Source: Curvularia clavata (Eukaryota). Taken from it: DNA of 64,000 bases. The stretch lies in contig CP089276.1 in the NCBI GenBank assembly GCA_023920165.1, forward strand, positions 4,092,001-4,156,000. The letters are read 5' to 3'. Shown here in pieces: positions 39,686-54,516 of this stretch (the first letter of the stretch is position 1; each line of letters starts with the position of its first letter). The notes below the pieces were generated by a model. That model did no database searches. It was not told the origin of the DNA and saw only the letters and a list, made by a program, of their open reading frames with translations. A program made the position numbers and the translations under genes.

Positions 39686-42600
39686 TCACTCCACTTCTGC
39701 TACCTCTTCCATATCCGACTCACTACCAAAGTCGGACTGGTCATAAAGGTCCCCTGATATACTGTCGTCCTGCGGCCACGAATGCAACCGAGGCTCGATG
39801 TCCGTTTGCCACGCATATATGCGAGCGCTATCAGCGGTGTCGTCTCTATACACATCCATTTCCGGATCCTCATTTTGAGCCAATTCGAAGATTTGCTGAA
39901 CGAGGAAATGAGAGGTGGAGATGAGAGGAGTTAGGTGCAACCTCGGTATGCCTGCATCTTTCTCGTATACAATCCGCTCCATCATATCATCTAGCAGTTC
40001 ACGAAGTGACCTCCATTTGGAAAGTACCATATCTGGTGGCCAATCGTCGTGACTTTTGTAAATCTCACCCACTAATAGCTGCGTACTGTCACGCACACTC
40101 TCAATGGGATTTAGAAGCAAGGTAGGCGCCCAAAGACGGCTTCTAGTCATGACGCAGTAGTAGAAGACAAATCTGTGCTTTTGCTCGAAAAGTGCTTCGT
40201 TTTCGGCTTTGAGGAGACCAATGAGAAAATCGATGACAGCTATCCCACTTAGTAGACGTTCTTCTTCGAGTCGGTTTGCCGACGCAACAGCTTTGCAGAC
40301 GGTATTAATGAGCCTTATGACATTCTCCACAGATGAAGAGGCCTCGCAGAATGAGAGCGCTGCCCGCACGTATGCATCGCAAAATGGAGGTTCGAGGGCC
40401 AGGCCATCGTAGATGGTTTTGAAAAGGTTGGACTGAGCCTGCGGATCCACCCAACCAAGCATCGACTTCACAATGAGGCCTGGACTGAAATCATCCATTC
40501 TGGTCGGGTCAAACATCTCCAAAGCTTTATCCAGGACTGCTATCGCTTTGATTTCTGGGTCCCAGAAGAACAGCTTGTGTCGCTCCCCAAGGGTTAGTGG
40601 AAACTTGAAGGATTCGCGGTCGAGCGTAGCCCCACGATTTTCGTTCAGTCCAAAAGGAACTGGAGGGAGATTTGTATCTGTCCGCGAAAGTAAAGTTGAG
40701 AAAAACTCAACGAACCGGTTGTAGATACCCGCCCTCTTACTCACAATCCTCCATAGCTCTGGGTTGTCATCCTGGAATCTTCTATGCACATGCATGGAAA
40801 GCAGCTTGAGGCAGAATTCGAGAAATCCAAAATTCATGAAGACTGTAGTCTCGGCATGACCCATTTGTATGACGTGGGTCAAGGTAAGATAGAAGTCATC
40901 CCAACCTCGGATGCTTTGATGGGTATCTTCTGCAACCTGGCGTAGCCTCATGGCGACTTCCATGAGTACCGTATCTTTTAGAGCCGAAGGTTCAGCTTCC
41001 ACATCATTTTCAGTACCTTCGAGACCATACAAGCTCGGTTCTTTCTCGCGTAAAACCCTGAGAGCCTCAATGAAAAAGCTACGCGTCTGAGAGCGCACCT
41101 TGGCGTGTGGACAACGAACGAGCATGTTGAGCAGTGCTCGCTCGTCTGAAGCAAAGTGTTTGAGTACGATGTTGCAACACATTGCGCAGGACAGGACTGG
41201 GCGTTGTAGTTGAAGCATAGTTTCCATGAAGAGTTCAGAGGAAGTATGGCGCCAAGCAGTATGGCCAAGATGCGCCAGAATGATCTGCAGTGACTGCTTT
41301 TCCTAGGAGAAAATTAGTGTCAAATTTTTTTGGTTCGTGTAGATAAACACGTACGTTTGCATGATCCTCGGAGCAAGACCCATGGTGGATCGTTCGAGAC
41401 ATGGCATGAAGCTGCCGCAGAAACTTTGTATGGTTCGGATCGAACTGGCAATACTCTCGAATGACGATCTCGTTTTTGACATCGACTTCTTCTTTAAGAG
41501 CCTGTGGCATAGGTGCTTTCAGCGTCCGTCCATTCGTTGAGGTGACCCATTTCCGCTGGTCTTCTTCGATTGCTGTTCGGCGTTGATAGAACAACATGTA
41601 AGCCGAGTATTGCTTGGGAATGCGGCTATAGGTGTCATCGGCCATGCCTCCAAAGGCTCGGTATGCAATATCTGCTGGATCAAAAGGCGTGACACTGCTG
41701 TCGTCAAATTCGACCCAAGTTGCAGCCGCGGTCCCTGCTGGGCTAGGTCTCTCACGGATGTAAGAGTAATAATGGCCATGTTCGCAAGTGCCAGTGTGTA
41801 CAAGTACACCTACAAGGTCGAAGATATCCTCCTTGTGCGTCTTGGTTGGGTTGCTCAGGTAATCGACATGGTAGGCGTTGATATCGATGTATGGCGGAAA
41901 CTCAAAGTAGTCGTGAACCTTTCGTCTGCTGAAGTCGGCCAAATCAAACTCGAAGCGTTTGAGGTGGAAGATGAGGTTGTCTGGTACCTCCTTGAAGCAA
42001 GTTCTTTTCACAGCATCCACATATCTGTCGCATGATTCACACTTGTACTTATTGTCGCCTTCCATGACGTCGCCACTAACAAAGGCCTGAAGGCTCTCTT
42101 GGAGCGTGGATTTCCCTACAACGTCACATTGGATGGCGAAAAATGGCTCTGAGCGCTCAGAAACATGTTCACACTCTTTCGACTTGATCTGGTTTAGAGT
42201 CTGTCCTCCATAGAAGGAGCGAAATTCTTGTTTCTTCTCCTCTTTGATGAGCTGGCGCTCCCATTGGTCGAAAAGAGAGTTGTAAAACTCGTCAGCATCC
42301 ATCTGAACGCTTATATCGATTGGCATGAGGTCAGAGTTTTTGACACATGCTGTAAAGCTCCGTGGGTCAGCAGATCGCCGGAAAGAATGTTGCATGTTTG
42401 TGAAGAGCCTTTGCGTTTCGAGAAGGAGCTTCTGCGAACCGCCACTTTCCCGAAGCTCCAAACCAAGCATGAATTTGCGAAAGTTGAGGTTCATGTAGAG
42501 CTGGGTGAGGAGCGAGTTTGCGTAACAAAGTGCACGGGGGTTATGGAGACCCACGTAACCCGTGCTGGAGCGGATTTCCATGGACCTGTCGACTGATAAT

Positions 42601-45600
42601 GTCGATAGTGCTGTACCGCACTCCTCCAACTCTATTTCTCCCACAAGGCGAAGAAGGTCGTTGTAGGTACTGCTGTCATCGACCAGAGCTAGCATCAAGT
42701 CATACATCTCGCGTCTCGTATGCGACTGCAGTATAGGAACATTCACAGTGCTGGCATCCATAGCTGGTAAACTGGTACACTCAGTAAATTTCTGTGAGCA
42801 AGGAGCATAGAGCGTACACCATACCTTTTCGTAAAGATGTACTTTTTGAAAATTTTGTCCATTACATCCCCCGCATTTACCGGTTGTTTGAAGGATTTCA
42901 GGGACAGTATGCAGCATAGAAGGAGCTTCGTCAGACCAAAGACGACGTGGTCAGTGTCTTCACGTCCAACAACCTCCTGGTGCTCGTAGTTCAGTAGTAA
43001 CTCGATCCACTGAGCCAACCATGAGCGAAGTAAGGTCTCGTCGCGCTTGTGTTCGTCCTGAGCACGGAACACATGGTCGGCAACCCCAAAAAGTTGTTGG
43101 GATTGTGTAGCATAGCCAATGGAATGTGGGAGAACAGCAGATATGGAAGCCCAGAATTGGACAGCGACCTCGCCTTTAGTAAGCGGACAAGTGGACGGAA
43201 GATCTCCTCCACACACAGAGGCGACTTTCCTCGCAACGTGTTCCCGAACAGCTGGTCGGATATCTTCTAGCAACAAGATTTTGTGCAAGCGTGGTAGTTG
43301 CGGATGCTCAATGAACGTCTCCCATACATCTCGGGAGTGGAGCGATGCTTCGATAATGGTACCATAGCAATCTTGAACCATGGCAATTTCTTCATTGGTT
43401 TCGAGCGCCATGGACAGAATCGATACAAGGCGATCTGCGAGCCGAGCCGGATCGGAGAAATACGCGACCGAGATATCAGGCGAAGGCCGTTCTCTTAGGA
43501 AGTCCAACAGTACATTCACAAGAACAGCCGCTAGCTGTAGTTCTTGGAAGTTGGAAATTGCTTCGCCGATCAGTCTCGGATTGAGTAGAGCCTCGTCCAA
43601 GTGATGGATCGCCTTGCCCAAGAACTTCTCATCCAAGTTTGAATTCCTAATCTGCTCGCAGAGCTTAGCTTGGAGAGCCAGCGCCGCATACCTTGCCTGG
43701 AAGAACTTTCCTGGGGGAAAAAGGTCTTCCGAAGAGATAACATCACCCATAACACTGTCTGGTATATTGTTTCGAGCCGGGAAGAAGCTCAGGTAGTCAA
43801 AAAGCAAATGGCTGATGGTATCGTTGGAGTCCATTAATGAAAACAACTCGTCAAAATATTTGGCCACAGCTGCCTCAAAAACCGATGATCCAGAGGCTGG
43901 TCCAGAGAAAGGGCGAGTAACCTTTGCATCGGGTGCTCGCTGCACCAAAACCTGGCCCCCAAAGTCGATGTCGCTGAGCTTCTCGTTTGACTGGGCGGCT
44001 ACATCGACCCTGTGGCCTTTTGCAAAAAGGTTGAGCTTGGAGTAGCCGGACACGTAACACAGCCTCCGATACAGATCATCAAGCGTATGATCTGGGCCCA
44101 TTGATACGGCCTGCCGGTCGCCATTAGCGCACTGGAACCGAATCGTGATGGCATCTCCGTAGGGTATATCCATCTCATCAATCTTAGAATCTGCCCTCTT
44201 ACTGCGATTGAACTCTGGTTTTTGTCGCAGTCGCTCAATCAGCAGCTTTTGGAACAGAACAATTCTGCGGCAACGCCCTTCCTTCTCCTCTCGTATCACA
44301 TCCGAGATGGTTGAAGCAGCGTCATCGGAACACGATTCGCGTACGGCTTTGCACGCATCCCGTATCTCCTGCATGCATTTCTCGACAAGGGCGATGTGAG
44401 CAGCCTCCATATCTCCCAGTGTGATGCCTTCGGCTTCGTTGATTTGGACGTAGCGGTTGGCAAGAAGCCGTGCAGCACGATCCTCAACGGTTGGCTCCGG
44501 GGAGAACAGGATCATGGACCATAGCAAGCCAGCACCAGGAATTTGTAACACTGTCTTCTCTCCTTGTTCCGTCTTTACGAGCTCTCGGATAGTGGGAAAG
44601 TTGTAGTTTGCAACGAATTCAAACATTCCAAGTGTATAGAGGCCTGGCTCCACGTGTGGCAGGTAAGAATAGATGAGTTGTCTGCAATATTCATTGTCAG
44701 GAATGAGCTTGATTGTTTGGAACAGCTGTGTCCATGCCCAATCTCTAGAGAAGTTTGAGATTGCGTGAGGGCCAACGGTATGATCCCAGAGGGGTTGGTA
44801 GAGCTCGGTAGGGATAGCAGGCCCAGCACGACATATCATGAGCGCAAGAAGCTCCAGTCTGTAACGAAGTGCCAATAGATGGTGCGCGCCTGGGTCCTTG
44901 TTCTTTTCCTTGCCAATAAACCACGGGATCTCCTCTAGAATCTTGCGTGCTACGTCTTGGTTCTGCTGGAAGAAGAAGCCATCACCTGTGTGAAGTGGTG
45001 AAGCGAGCGTGTAGATGACTTTTACACTACCGTTTGCTTTTTCTGAATGACTGCTGATGTGATCCGCACACTCACGGTAGATGGCGAGGCGCTCATCAAC
45101 GGGAACATGGAGGGCTAGACTGCGGAGATGATCTATAGCTTCGTTGTGGAGATCTAGAAGATCCTTGTCTGCCTCATTCTGGGATATGGTATCGCAGATG
45201 ATGCGAACACAGACATTCCACGGCCTTGCCTTTCGATTTCTGGTGGCATAGTCATCGGGAGTAGCCCTTTCTAAAACCTTTGCGCTCAGCTCTTGGAAGA
45301 AACGTAGTATGTTCATGGTGTAGCGACTGATGGAGAGCTCGTGAAGCTTGATGCAAAGGTACAATTGATCAGTGGGCTTCATCAGGTGAATGATGGCCCT
45401 TATCATGGTCAAGGTCGCCGAAACGACCCGGGGATCAGGGTTTGTAGCGACCGTGTTCCAGACGGCATCTGCTTGGTTGTCTGACCAGCGATTAGTAACC
45501 ACGAGAAATCCAATGATGTTCCCACTGCGCTGGAGTATCTGGGGATGCGAGTCGACGCTAATGATGTAATCGACAACCTTTCCGTCAAGCAAGAAGTCGG

Positions 45601-47200
45601 CTAGGTATTGCATCACTGGGTGCTTGGATGTGATGTCGTATTCACTGTACTGTTTGAATATCTCGACCAAGGCAGCATCCATCATTCCAATGCTTATGAC
45701 GCGCAAATCCATCCTGCCCTTCATGAGGTATTTGCGGAGGAGCTTGAATTTCCATGCGTTGGCTACCAGCGCGGCGAATGAATCGGGATCCTTGCGATAC
45801 TCATCCTGTTCTGTGGGGGGAGCAACCTCAACGGGCGATGAGGTTGTTGGCGAGTCCGGGCTCGTGAAGTCTAGAAACCTATCAACTAGAGCCGCCTCTA
45901 TGTCTTTGTCCCAGAGACAAAGTTCGAATAGCAATGCATGAAAATGGTGGATCAGATCGCGCGCGACACCGGCCTCGGTGGTCCTGTCCAAGTTGAACAA
46001 ATCGTCCATGTACTTTTCTAGATATAGCAGGGTACCGCGACTGAAGTCAGCCCGGTCATGCTCGCTACTGGGGAAAGCACTACGGAACATGCATGAGCCC
46101 AGTGTCATCAAGACGGGCGAGGCAAACCCAGCAATATGGTTCTGCACACCTACAGGAACCTGGTGAATCGCATCGTTGGCTAGGCGAAGCAGGTTCTGGG
46201 CGCCCCCGGCAGCGAGGAAGTCCTGTTGTAGTCGCAAAACCATCTTGCGAACATCGACAGAGTATTCTTTGCTGACCATATGATAAGCTGGGGCTTTGTC
46301 GGGGCGAAGAATGGTATGTAGATGACGAAGGTGCTTTTGAGAGACCAGAGGCAAAAGATAGATGTCGTCAGCGCGCGGCCGAGAAAGCAGTCGGACATCA
46401 ACGAGTAGAAGAAAGGAGCATATCCTGACGTAGGCGCTCAAGAAAGAGTAAAACATTTCGCCTGTCCGATGGTCATGGTGGCTGAACGAGACCCTGCGAC
46501 ATAGCACTCTATGTACTAAGAGAGCGAAGTCGTCCCAGAATGCTGCCTTTGTCACGTAGAAGCCTTGCAGGTCGATTGAAGGATCGGGGAGGTTGATGAG
46601 CCATTGTGCAAGGCTGGGGAAGAAGTCGGGATCAACGTCGTTGTCAATGTCTTGGACGTGTTGAGCCAGGTCACGGACTACGGCACCATAGTTATATGTA
46701 GCTGCCACAGGGACATAAGGGAAGCGGCGGAAATGCTCGTCAGGGTCCATGTGTACAGTCGGGCCGATTGACTCGTCAGGGTCGTCGTTGTCGTTGTCGT
46801 TGTCGTCGTCGTCGTCGATAGCCATGACCGGGGGGCTGGCGGCCTCGTCGTCAGAACTCGCGATGAGTATGGGAGACTGTGCGGGAGCGGGTGAAGGGCT
46901 CTCCGGAAGACTATTGATATGGTCGTCGTGTTCGGGGCGTGCCGGGGAAGAAGGCGGGTGAGAGCGTATGGTCATCTCCAACTGGTTGTCTGGGGGCGAT
47001 GGGGCTCCGTTGCGAGGGGTGCGGGGTTGGGTAGACATGGCACACTGGCTGTTCCTCCCGCTATGCAGGCGAGGACGTTTGCGGGTGAAGCTCGCGTCGG
47101 CGTCTTCAATGGGATCACGGCGCGGCGGCGTGGTGGGGAGCGTGGTTGCTGGCTCGTGGGCAGCGACAGACTGCACTAAGTCATTGTCCTGCAAGCTCAT
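39686..47200 (-). CDS. Large ubiquitin-specific protease (USP34/USP24/USP9-like); introns about 42771-42825 and 41304-41355
   Basis: Cys box GYVGLHNPRALCYANSLLTQLYM, QMDADEFYN, LIFHLKRFEFD, His box VHTGTCEHGHYYSYIR, WVEFDDS; long helical N-terminus. Three consecutive long ORFs joined by introns. Confidence 0.92.
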
Positions 47201-47902
47201 GACGGTGAAGGACGGAGGCGACGGTTTGCGAAAGAACTAGGCGCGGGCCGTGGAGACTGGCACACGTGTTGGCAGGTGAGGCCAGGCAGAGAGGGCAAGC
47301 AGCTCTGTCTGGTGCGATGCAGGCAGCAGCAAGCAGAGCAGAGCAGATGGGCCAGCCTGGCTAGCCCGAGTCCTCGCGCGCAGGCAGAAGAGAGAGGGCG
47401 CTAGCATTCATGAGCCGCAGCGACGGGAGCCGAGGGGGAATTGGGCGAGGGCAAGGCACGAGCAGCAGAGGCGCAGGGCTGGTGGGATATGTGTGTTCTC
47501 CAAATGTGAGCCTCTGGACATGTCGCTCAGCCCGCCGCCCGCCCGCCAGCCCCACTATCGTCATTGGCTCCCGCAGCTAGCGGCTGCCGCTAGCGCCCGA
47601 ACAGGGTGGCCCGTGCCATGCCGCTTCCGGCCACCATGGAGAAATCCTCCTTCTAATGCAGGCACACCAAGCCATCTCCACTTTGGACCTCTGCCCTGTC
47701 CATGCCCATGGCCGTCGGACGCACTTCGGTCTCTTGAACGTTCCATTCTCCCGTGTTTGACTGCCAGTCGAACCATTACCGCTCGCTCTTGGGCACGGCA
47801 AACAGGACCGAGCCGACTACAGTACGCCCAAGACAAGACGAGGAGAAAGAGGAAGAGTAAGAGGAAGAGGAAGAAAAGGACTGCACCTCGTCACCACCCG
47901 CA

Positions 47903-48884
47903 ATGGCACCAACGTCCAAACAAACCACCAAGCCCGTGTTCAAGACGGCATCTCCTTTTACAGAGACCAAATGGTTTGGGATCCCGCATCTGACTTCTTT
48001 CTGAGCATTACTGAGTGCTGCAGGCCAGAGCTGTCGCACGACGATGAACTCGTCATACTAGAGCTGCTATCCAAGTAGGTATGCAGAGCGCAGCAGTTTT
48101 TTTTTTCCTTTCTCGTGCACGTGCTCAGCCCTACGGGAACGTTAACCACTGCGCCGTTTTCCAACCCACACATCTAATTTTCATGCGCTGGCACTGACAA
48201 ACACCCAGTCTTATAACCCCACTAGGCGACCACCGCCGAACCCACATTCAACCATCCAAAGGCAAGAAGCGAAAACGCGCCACCACCAAACCCCATCAGG
48301 ATGACTCCACCACAGCAGAGACCCCACCCCCTCCGCCAGCTATAGCCAACTATCTCCTCGTTGGTCTTAACAGCGTCACTCGGCACCTCGAAGGCCTGGC
48401 TGTAAAGCATGCGCCCGCGACAAGCCTCGTCGCATCTGCAGACAGGGAGTCTGCCACTTGCAGCAAAGACGACCACCAGGATGCCGAAATGAAGGACTCA
48501 GCAAAGGCATCTGGAGGCGACTTACGACCATTGAGCATGGTCATACTCACTCACCCAAAACCGTCCCTCTCCCCAGCCCATGCCCATCTCCCTACCCTGG
48601 TCCATCTGAGCGCCCTTGTACCACCATCTGCGACCCAAGATGCATCCAGGACAGCGACACGTCTGGTCCCTCTGCCTACATCAGCAGAAGGCCGGCTCGC
48701 CTCGAGCCTGCATATTCCCCGCGTCGGTGCCCTGGCCATCTATGCAGATGCTCCCGGGGCCAAGGCATTAGAAGACTATGTTCGTGAGCACATTGGCACG
48801 ACAGAGTGCAAGTGGATCGAAGAGGCACTGAGCGCGGAATGGCAGGGGATGAATGTCAGCAAGGAAATGCCGCGTGTAAGCTAA
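47903..48884 (+). CDS. POP3: RNase P/MRP subunit Pop3 (L7Ae-like); 3 exons
   Basis: MAPTSKQTTKPVFKTASPFTETKW|..ELVILELLS; YLLVGLNSVTRHLE; HAHLPTLV; RLVPLPTSAEGRLASSLHIPRVGALAI...LEDYVREHI...W. Confidence 0.7.
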
Positions 48885-49039
48885 TCAAGAGATAGTACGC
48901 AACTGAATATACGTGTTTTGGTCAATCTTACGAGATGCCAGTTCTTTTGCATGATCCGACTAGCCCCGACAGAAGATGAACGCCTTGCCATGCAAACCAT
49001 GCAAAAATAGAATACATCAATCCGAATAAACTGCTCTTT

Positions 49040-50676
49040 TCAGCCCAAGAAATTCCGAACCGCACCACCAACATTTTCCAGATCGAGGAGGAACGTGTCG
49101 TGACCAAATAAGCTCTTTTCCTCGCCAAGCTCCACATGCGTCACGTTCTTGTTGCCCGTGCGCTTGAGCGTAGTGGCTATCTCCCTTTGCTGCCAAGCAG
49201 GGAACAGAATGTCGCTTGCAACACCCAGGACCAAAACGGGCGTGTTCGCCAATGGCCTTAGGCCAGCCACCAAATCTGCGGGAGGTTCGTGGCCATCCGA
49301 CTGTGTCAGTGATTCTGGCTCGGCAGGCTGTTCCTTCTCTTCGTAGGGTTTGTCGGGCAAGGTCAGGCTGCACACATCATTGTTGGTATCAGCGGCAAGG
49401 CCGTGTCCGTCTAGGAAAGCCTGGATCTTGCCGCTGTTTGCTTTGCGCACCTCGTTGATGCGGTTCCGGTGTTCTTGTCCAAGGTCAAAGAGATCCATGG
49501 CTTTGGAGACGTAGAGCAGGCTATTGGGATCGTATTCCAGGCACCACTTCTCGCCTGCGTGATCAAGATATGTTTCGATAAGGAAGTCGGGGCACAGCGC
49601 TGGTGGCCGGGACGGGTCTGCACGCCGTCGTCCAAATCGCTGTTCCCATTCCGGACCGCTGCGGTAGGTGACTGTGGCGATTTCTCGAGCGAGTTTCATG
49701 CCACCATGTGGAGGAATGCCGTCGTAGTAGAAACCACGAGCCCAGTTTGGATCCATCATCAACACTGCCAACAAATCAGTTCATGTTAACAAGGGTTGGT
49801 ATACCATATGTACCGACCTTGGCGTTGCGTGTGCCTCATGGCGATGCTGTAAGGGTGGCTGCGGGCACATCCACTGATGCTAACTACACGTCCCACCCGT
49901 TCGGGGAACAGAACACCAGCAGCCAGACTCTGCATACCTCCCATGCTCGACCCCACACTTGCGTACAGCTTCTGGATACCCAGATTGTCCAGCAGGCGAA
50001 ACTGCGCACGTACCATGTCTTCCATGGTGAGTATGGGAAACCGCGTCGCGTAGCGCTCGCCGTTGGCGGGGTCGATCGAGGAGGGACCAGTCGAGCCGTA
50101 GCATCCTCCAATTACATTGGTACAGACAACAAAATACTTGTCGGTATCCAAAGGCTTTCCTGGTCCAATGAACTTTTCCCACCACCCTGGTTTGGTGTTT
50201 GTCTCGGTGCTATGAGCATGGCTGGACGCTGACAAGCCGGTATGGAGCAAGATTGCATTGCTCTTGCTGGGGTTCAGCTGCCCCCACGTCTCATATGCAA
50301 TGTTGAATTCTGGCAGTATACCGCCCCAGTCCAGCAGTATCGGCTGCGTCGAGTGGAAATTGAGCGTATGTCCAGAAGTATACGAGGGCTCCGGGCCGGA
50401 AGACGATCGCTTTCTCGAGAGGGACTCTGAGCGAGATTCGTGGGCATCAAGACACGGGAAGGAGAGAGCGGGATTTGACGACTCGGCTTCATGGGCGGCC
50501 GCAGCATGCTGTGCTTTGCGCGGATACTGCTGGTGGATCTTTCGAACCGCTTGGTTCGACTGCCGCCTTGCAAACAGCTTTGACGGCTGGGCTGACCTTG
50601 CTGCGAAACATTGTGGGGTAGAGGACGCGAATGATGATGTCCGCGCGCGCGCGAGCAGACTACGGGCGACGCTCAT
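49040..50676 (-). CDS. cys2: MetX-fold serine O-acetyl/succinyltransferase (Cys2/CysA type), mitochondrial presequence; intron about 49767-49816
   Basis: [35 protein letters not shown], nucleophile GSSMGGM, SDILFP, GHDTFLL. The HTGLS and GGCYGS variants point to the serine-acylating branch rather than Met2. Confidence 0.8.
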
Positions 50677-52237
50677 GACGGATGTTTGTCTGCCACGACA
50701 CTCGCAAGTCGAGCGCAGAGGTAAGGTAATGCGAGTGTGGAGGCAAAGTACACACAAGCTTCATGATGATGCTACAGCTAGACTGCGGATTACAAACAGT
50801 CTGGACCGTCGTGCGAAAGTCATGGACTTGCGACCGTGTCGGGCCCAATGACGTCGCAAGAAGATGGCGTGCTTTCCGTGAGCCGTTCCCGGCATGCCAA
50901 CCCGTTTTGGGCAAGCCATGGTGCCTGTGTGCGATGGGCATGGTTTTGCCAAATGAAGAAATGCTTCTTGAGGCCTCCATGCTGCAGGCATGCATATTTT
51001 TGTCTTCACAATCCGCTTTTCAGTCGGCGTTCGCTCTCTGAAACCACTTACGCACTCTGCAGTTCCGCAAATACACTTCATCTTAGCAAAGGGGTGTGTT
51101 CATCCACCCCGTCGCGGATACTAGTGATGCTTTTTGCCGCACAGGACATGGGAAAAGAAAGACTGCAGTCCTGTCCAGTGTCTGTATGAACATTGCGAGG
51201 TCGATCAGCTGAAGCGCAGCACGCCGGCCCCTTTGGATATTGCAGTGGAAGAGGCTCGACTGGCGTACGAGAATACCCCGTAGGTGATTATACAATCAAT
51301 AGCAGACATATTGCCAGGACGCAATTTGCACAAAACCAAGCGGGAACCCATTGCCTCTTGTGCCTCTACAATGGACCGCCTCGACAGAACTGCTCGTCCA
51401 TGGAGACCGTGCACCCTCCGTGGACGGAAACCATGCTACTAGGTGGGTAAAAGGAGGTGTGGAGCTGCTCCATGGGCAGCAGAGACACGGAATATGGGCC
51501 TCGTGGACTCGAGCAAGAGAGTGCTGCGACTGCCAGATCGAGGCGGTAGCGTTAAGCGCCGCCGTGGCCATAGGTGGTGTTGCACCATGTTTCGAGACGT
51601 GTGACCTTGCACGCCCAGGTCCGGCCACAGACGAGGGCAACCATAGCGCACTTGGCAGCATAGCGAGAGCGGCGTGGCAGTATGCTATGGCATCTTGAGA
51701 TATTGAGGGTTTGTTTTGCGTTTGTCGATCCCGTCGACAGAGAACCACGGCTCCATGGGGTGGAGGGCAGAGCTTGCACGCCCATGTGGTGGTCTTGAGA
51801 CGCCGCATGATCCCCTGAGCGTTTGATGACAGGCACGCATGCCCACAGAAGGGGCTAATTTTGGCATTCGCAGGCCATGGCATCCAAGCAGGCCGTCAGT
51901 GTGCGGCCGAGGAGAATTGCAAGTGTGGACTAGACCCATTGGCCCCGGGGGCGGCATGCAGGGCGAGGTCTGAGGTTTCCAGGGCTGAGCCGGCCATGTC
52001 TTGGCTGACCGCCAGCGTCACTGTCGCGCCTGCCCACCCGAAACGTCCGCAAACCTTCTTCTCTTCTCGATCCGCATTTCCCACAACAGCCTCGACGTCT
52101 GCAACCCCATATCTACCGCCCAACGTCTGCCCCGTCACGCCCCACGCCGCCAGTTAGCCAGCCCTCCTGCGAGTGCTACGCTGCATACATAGGGAGAGCG
52201 CCAGACCGCAACCCCAGGTCTGCCGCACCTCAACACC

Positions 52238-54516
52238 ATGGACTCGGACTATTTCACGCCTGTCCGAGACGACCAGGACACTACCAGCGCTCACATCGAC
52301 GACTCAGATACCGACATGGCTGCCTCTGCCAGCGCAACAGCCTCGTCCTCGCGCTCCGCCATGTACACATCACCCAGCGTCCACGGGCGCAAAGGGCGCA
52401 TGTCTCGCTCAGGAGCACCTCGACCCATAATCACGCCCACGAGTCCGCTGTCTTCCACCATACCGCATAACCTGCTTCCTTCTGCGCCTGCCTCGCCGCC
52501 CACGCCAGCACCCAGTCCGACGCCAACGCAGCGGGTCCCTGATTGGAGCACTGCCGCCGAACACGAAGACGGTGACATCAAGAGCATACGGGCACAGTTT
52601 GGAGACATGAACAGGGGCGAGCGCATGCGGCTGCTTGGCGAGCTGCTCAACCTGTGCGACAGCCAAGAGCTAAGCTTCGTGGCCGAGTTCGTCAGTCCCA
52701 GACTAAAGAAGGACCCGTTCATGGTCCTGCCTACCGAGCTCTGCTTGAGAGTGCGTTTCGGCCCGTTAACCAACTGCCCTAATAGACATGGCTGACCCCC
52801 ATCTAGATACTGGAATGTGTAGACGACCCGACGACTCTGGCTCGAGCATCCCAGGTGTCAAAGAAATGGCGTGAGCTCGTCAACGACGACAGTGCCTGGA
52901 GACTGTTGTGCCAAAAATTCTCCTTCAGAGCGCTACCAAAACAGGATAAAATGGATGATGACGAGGCAAATGACGAAATGGAAGATGCCGAGCCCAAGTC
53001 ATGGTGGCAGGACGATGAGCGTGCGGCAAGGTCCGATGACGCATCGACGCGAGACCACCTCGACGTCGGACCCTCAAACAGTGGTTCCGAGGGTCTCCGG
53101 ACGCAGAGCCTCGATCGTGCAGCCAAGAGGAAGCCGTCCCAAAGAAAGTCGCAGGCAACCACCTATCGATCGCATTTCAAGCAGCGTTACATGGTTGAGA
53201 CTGCATGGCGCAACGGCGGAGTATGCGATGCGCGCCAGATCACTCCGGACCAGGGTGTAGTAACCAGCTTACACCTGACCAAGAAGTACATCGTCGTCGC
53301 CCTCGACAATGCCAAGATACACGTCTTCGATACCGTCGGCGACCACCAAAAGACTCTCCAAGGGCACGTCATGGGCGTGTGGGCAATGGTGCCATGGGGT
53401 GATCTTTTGGTTAGTGGAGGGTGCGATCGTGACGTGCGTGTCTGGAATCTTGCAACTGGGTACGGTCGTTATGCTCCCGAACCAATGTCATTAGCTAACC
53501 AGCTGTGTACAGCTTCCCGCAGTTCACCCTACGTGGTCACACGTCAACAGTACGATGTCTCAAGATGTCTGATGCTAATACAGCTATATCCGGATCTAGG
53601 GATACCACATTACGAATTTGGGACTTGAAGAAAGGATTGTGCAAACACGTACTCATTGGGCACCAGGCCAGTGTCCGATGTCTCGAGATACACGGTGACA
53701 TTGTTGTATCTGGCAGCTACGACACCACAGCAAAGATTTGGAGCATATCTGAGGGCAAGTGCCTGCGCACGCTTACTGGTCATTTTAGCCAGATTTATGC
53801 GATTGCCTTTGACGGCAAGAAGATCGCTACAGGAAGCTTGGACACCAGTGTCCGGATATGGGACCCAAATGACGGGTAAGTCTTTTTTGATACATGATAT
53901 GGCTCCACATCTAACCATCTTCTGTAGCAAATGTCTGGCCGTACTACAAGGTCATACCTCGCTTGTTGGACAGCTCCAGATGCGCGACGATATTCTTGTA
54001 ACTGGTGGATCGGATGGTTCGGTCCGCGTGTGGAGTCTTGCAACTTACCAGGCTATCCATCGATTAGCTGCGCACGACAACAGTGTCACAAGTCTGCAGT
54101 TTGATAATACCAGGATTGTCAGTGGTGGCAGCGATGGCCGTGTCAAGGTTTGGGACCTCAAGACTGGAGTTCTCGTTCGAGAATTGAGCAGCCCTGCAGA
54201 AGCTGTTTGGAGAGTAGTGTTTGAGGAAGAGAAGGCTGTCATCATGGCCAGTCGAGGTGGTCGGACTATTATGGAGGTGCGCTTTCAACGAATATTAGGT
54301 CCGGATTCATGGTACTAACAAGCTTGCTAGGTATGGGACTTTTCACCGCCCGCTGAAGAGGATTACGACTCGCGGTCATCTAGTCCAGCGAGTATGCCCG
54401 ATCGCCTCGAAGTCGACTACAACCGCCCACGGTCAGCTGTTTTGCCTGTAACTTCACCACTTGTACAGGACACGAGCGCTGGTGATGTGACCATGGACGA
54501 TGTAGCCGATTCATAA
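52238..54516 (+). CDS. F-box/WD40 protein (Cdc4/Fbw7/Sel-10-like SCF substrate receptor); 5 exons
   Basis: D-domain/F-box LSFVAEFVSPRLKKDPFMVLPTELCLR|ILE..ARASQVSKKWRELVND; repeated GH...SGS.D.T.RIW WD40 units. Confidence 0.92.

Noticed and set aside
49040..50676. Call as MET2 homoserine O-acetyltransferase
   Set aside because: HTGLS and [11 protein letters not shown] variants plus a mitochondrial presequence fit the Cys2/CysA serine-acylating branch better.
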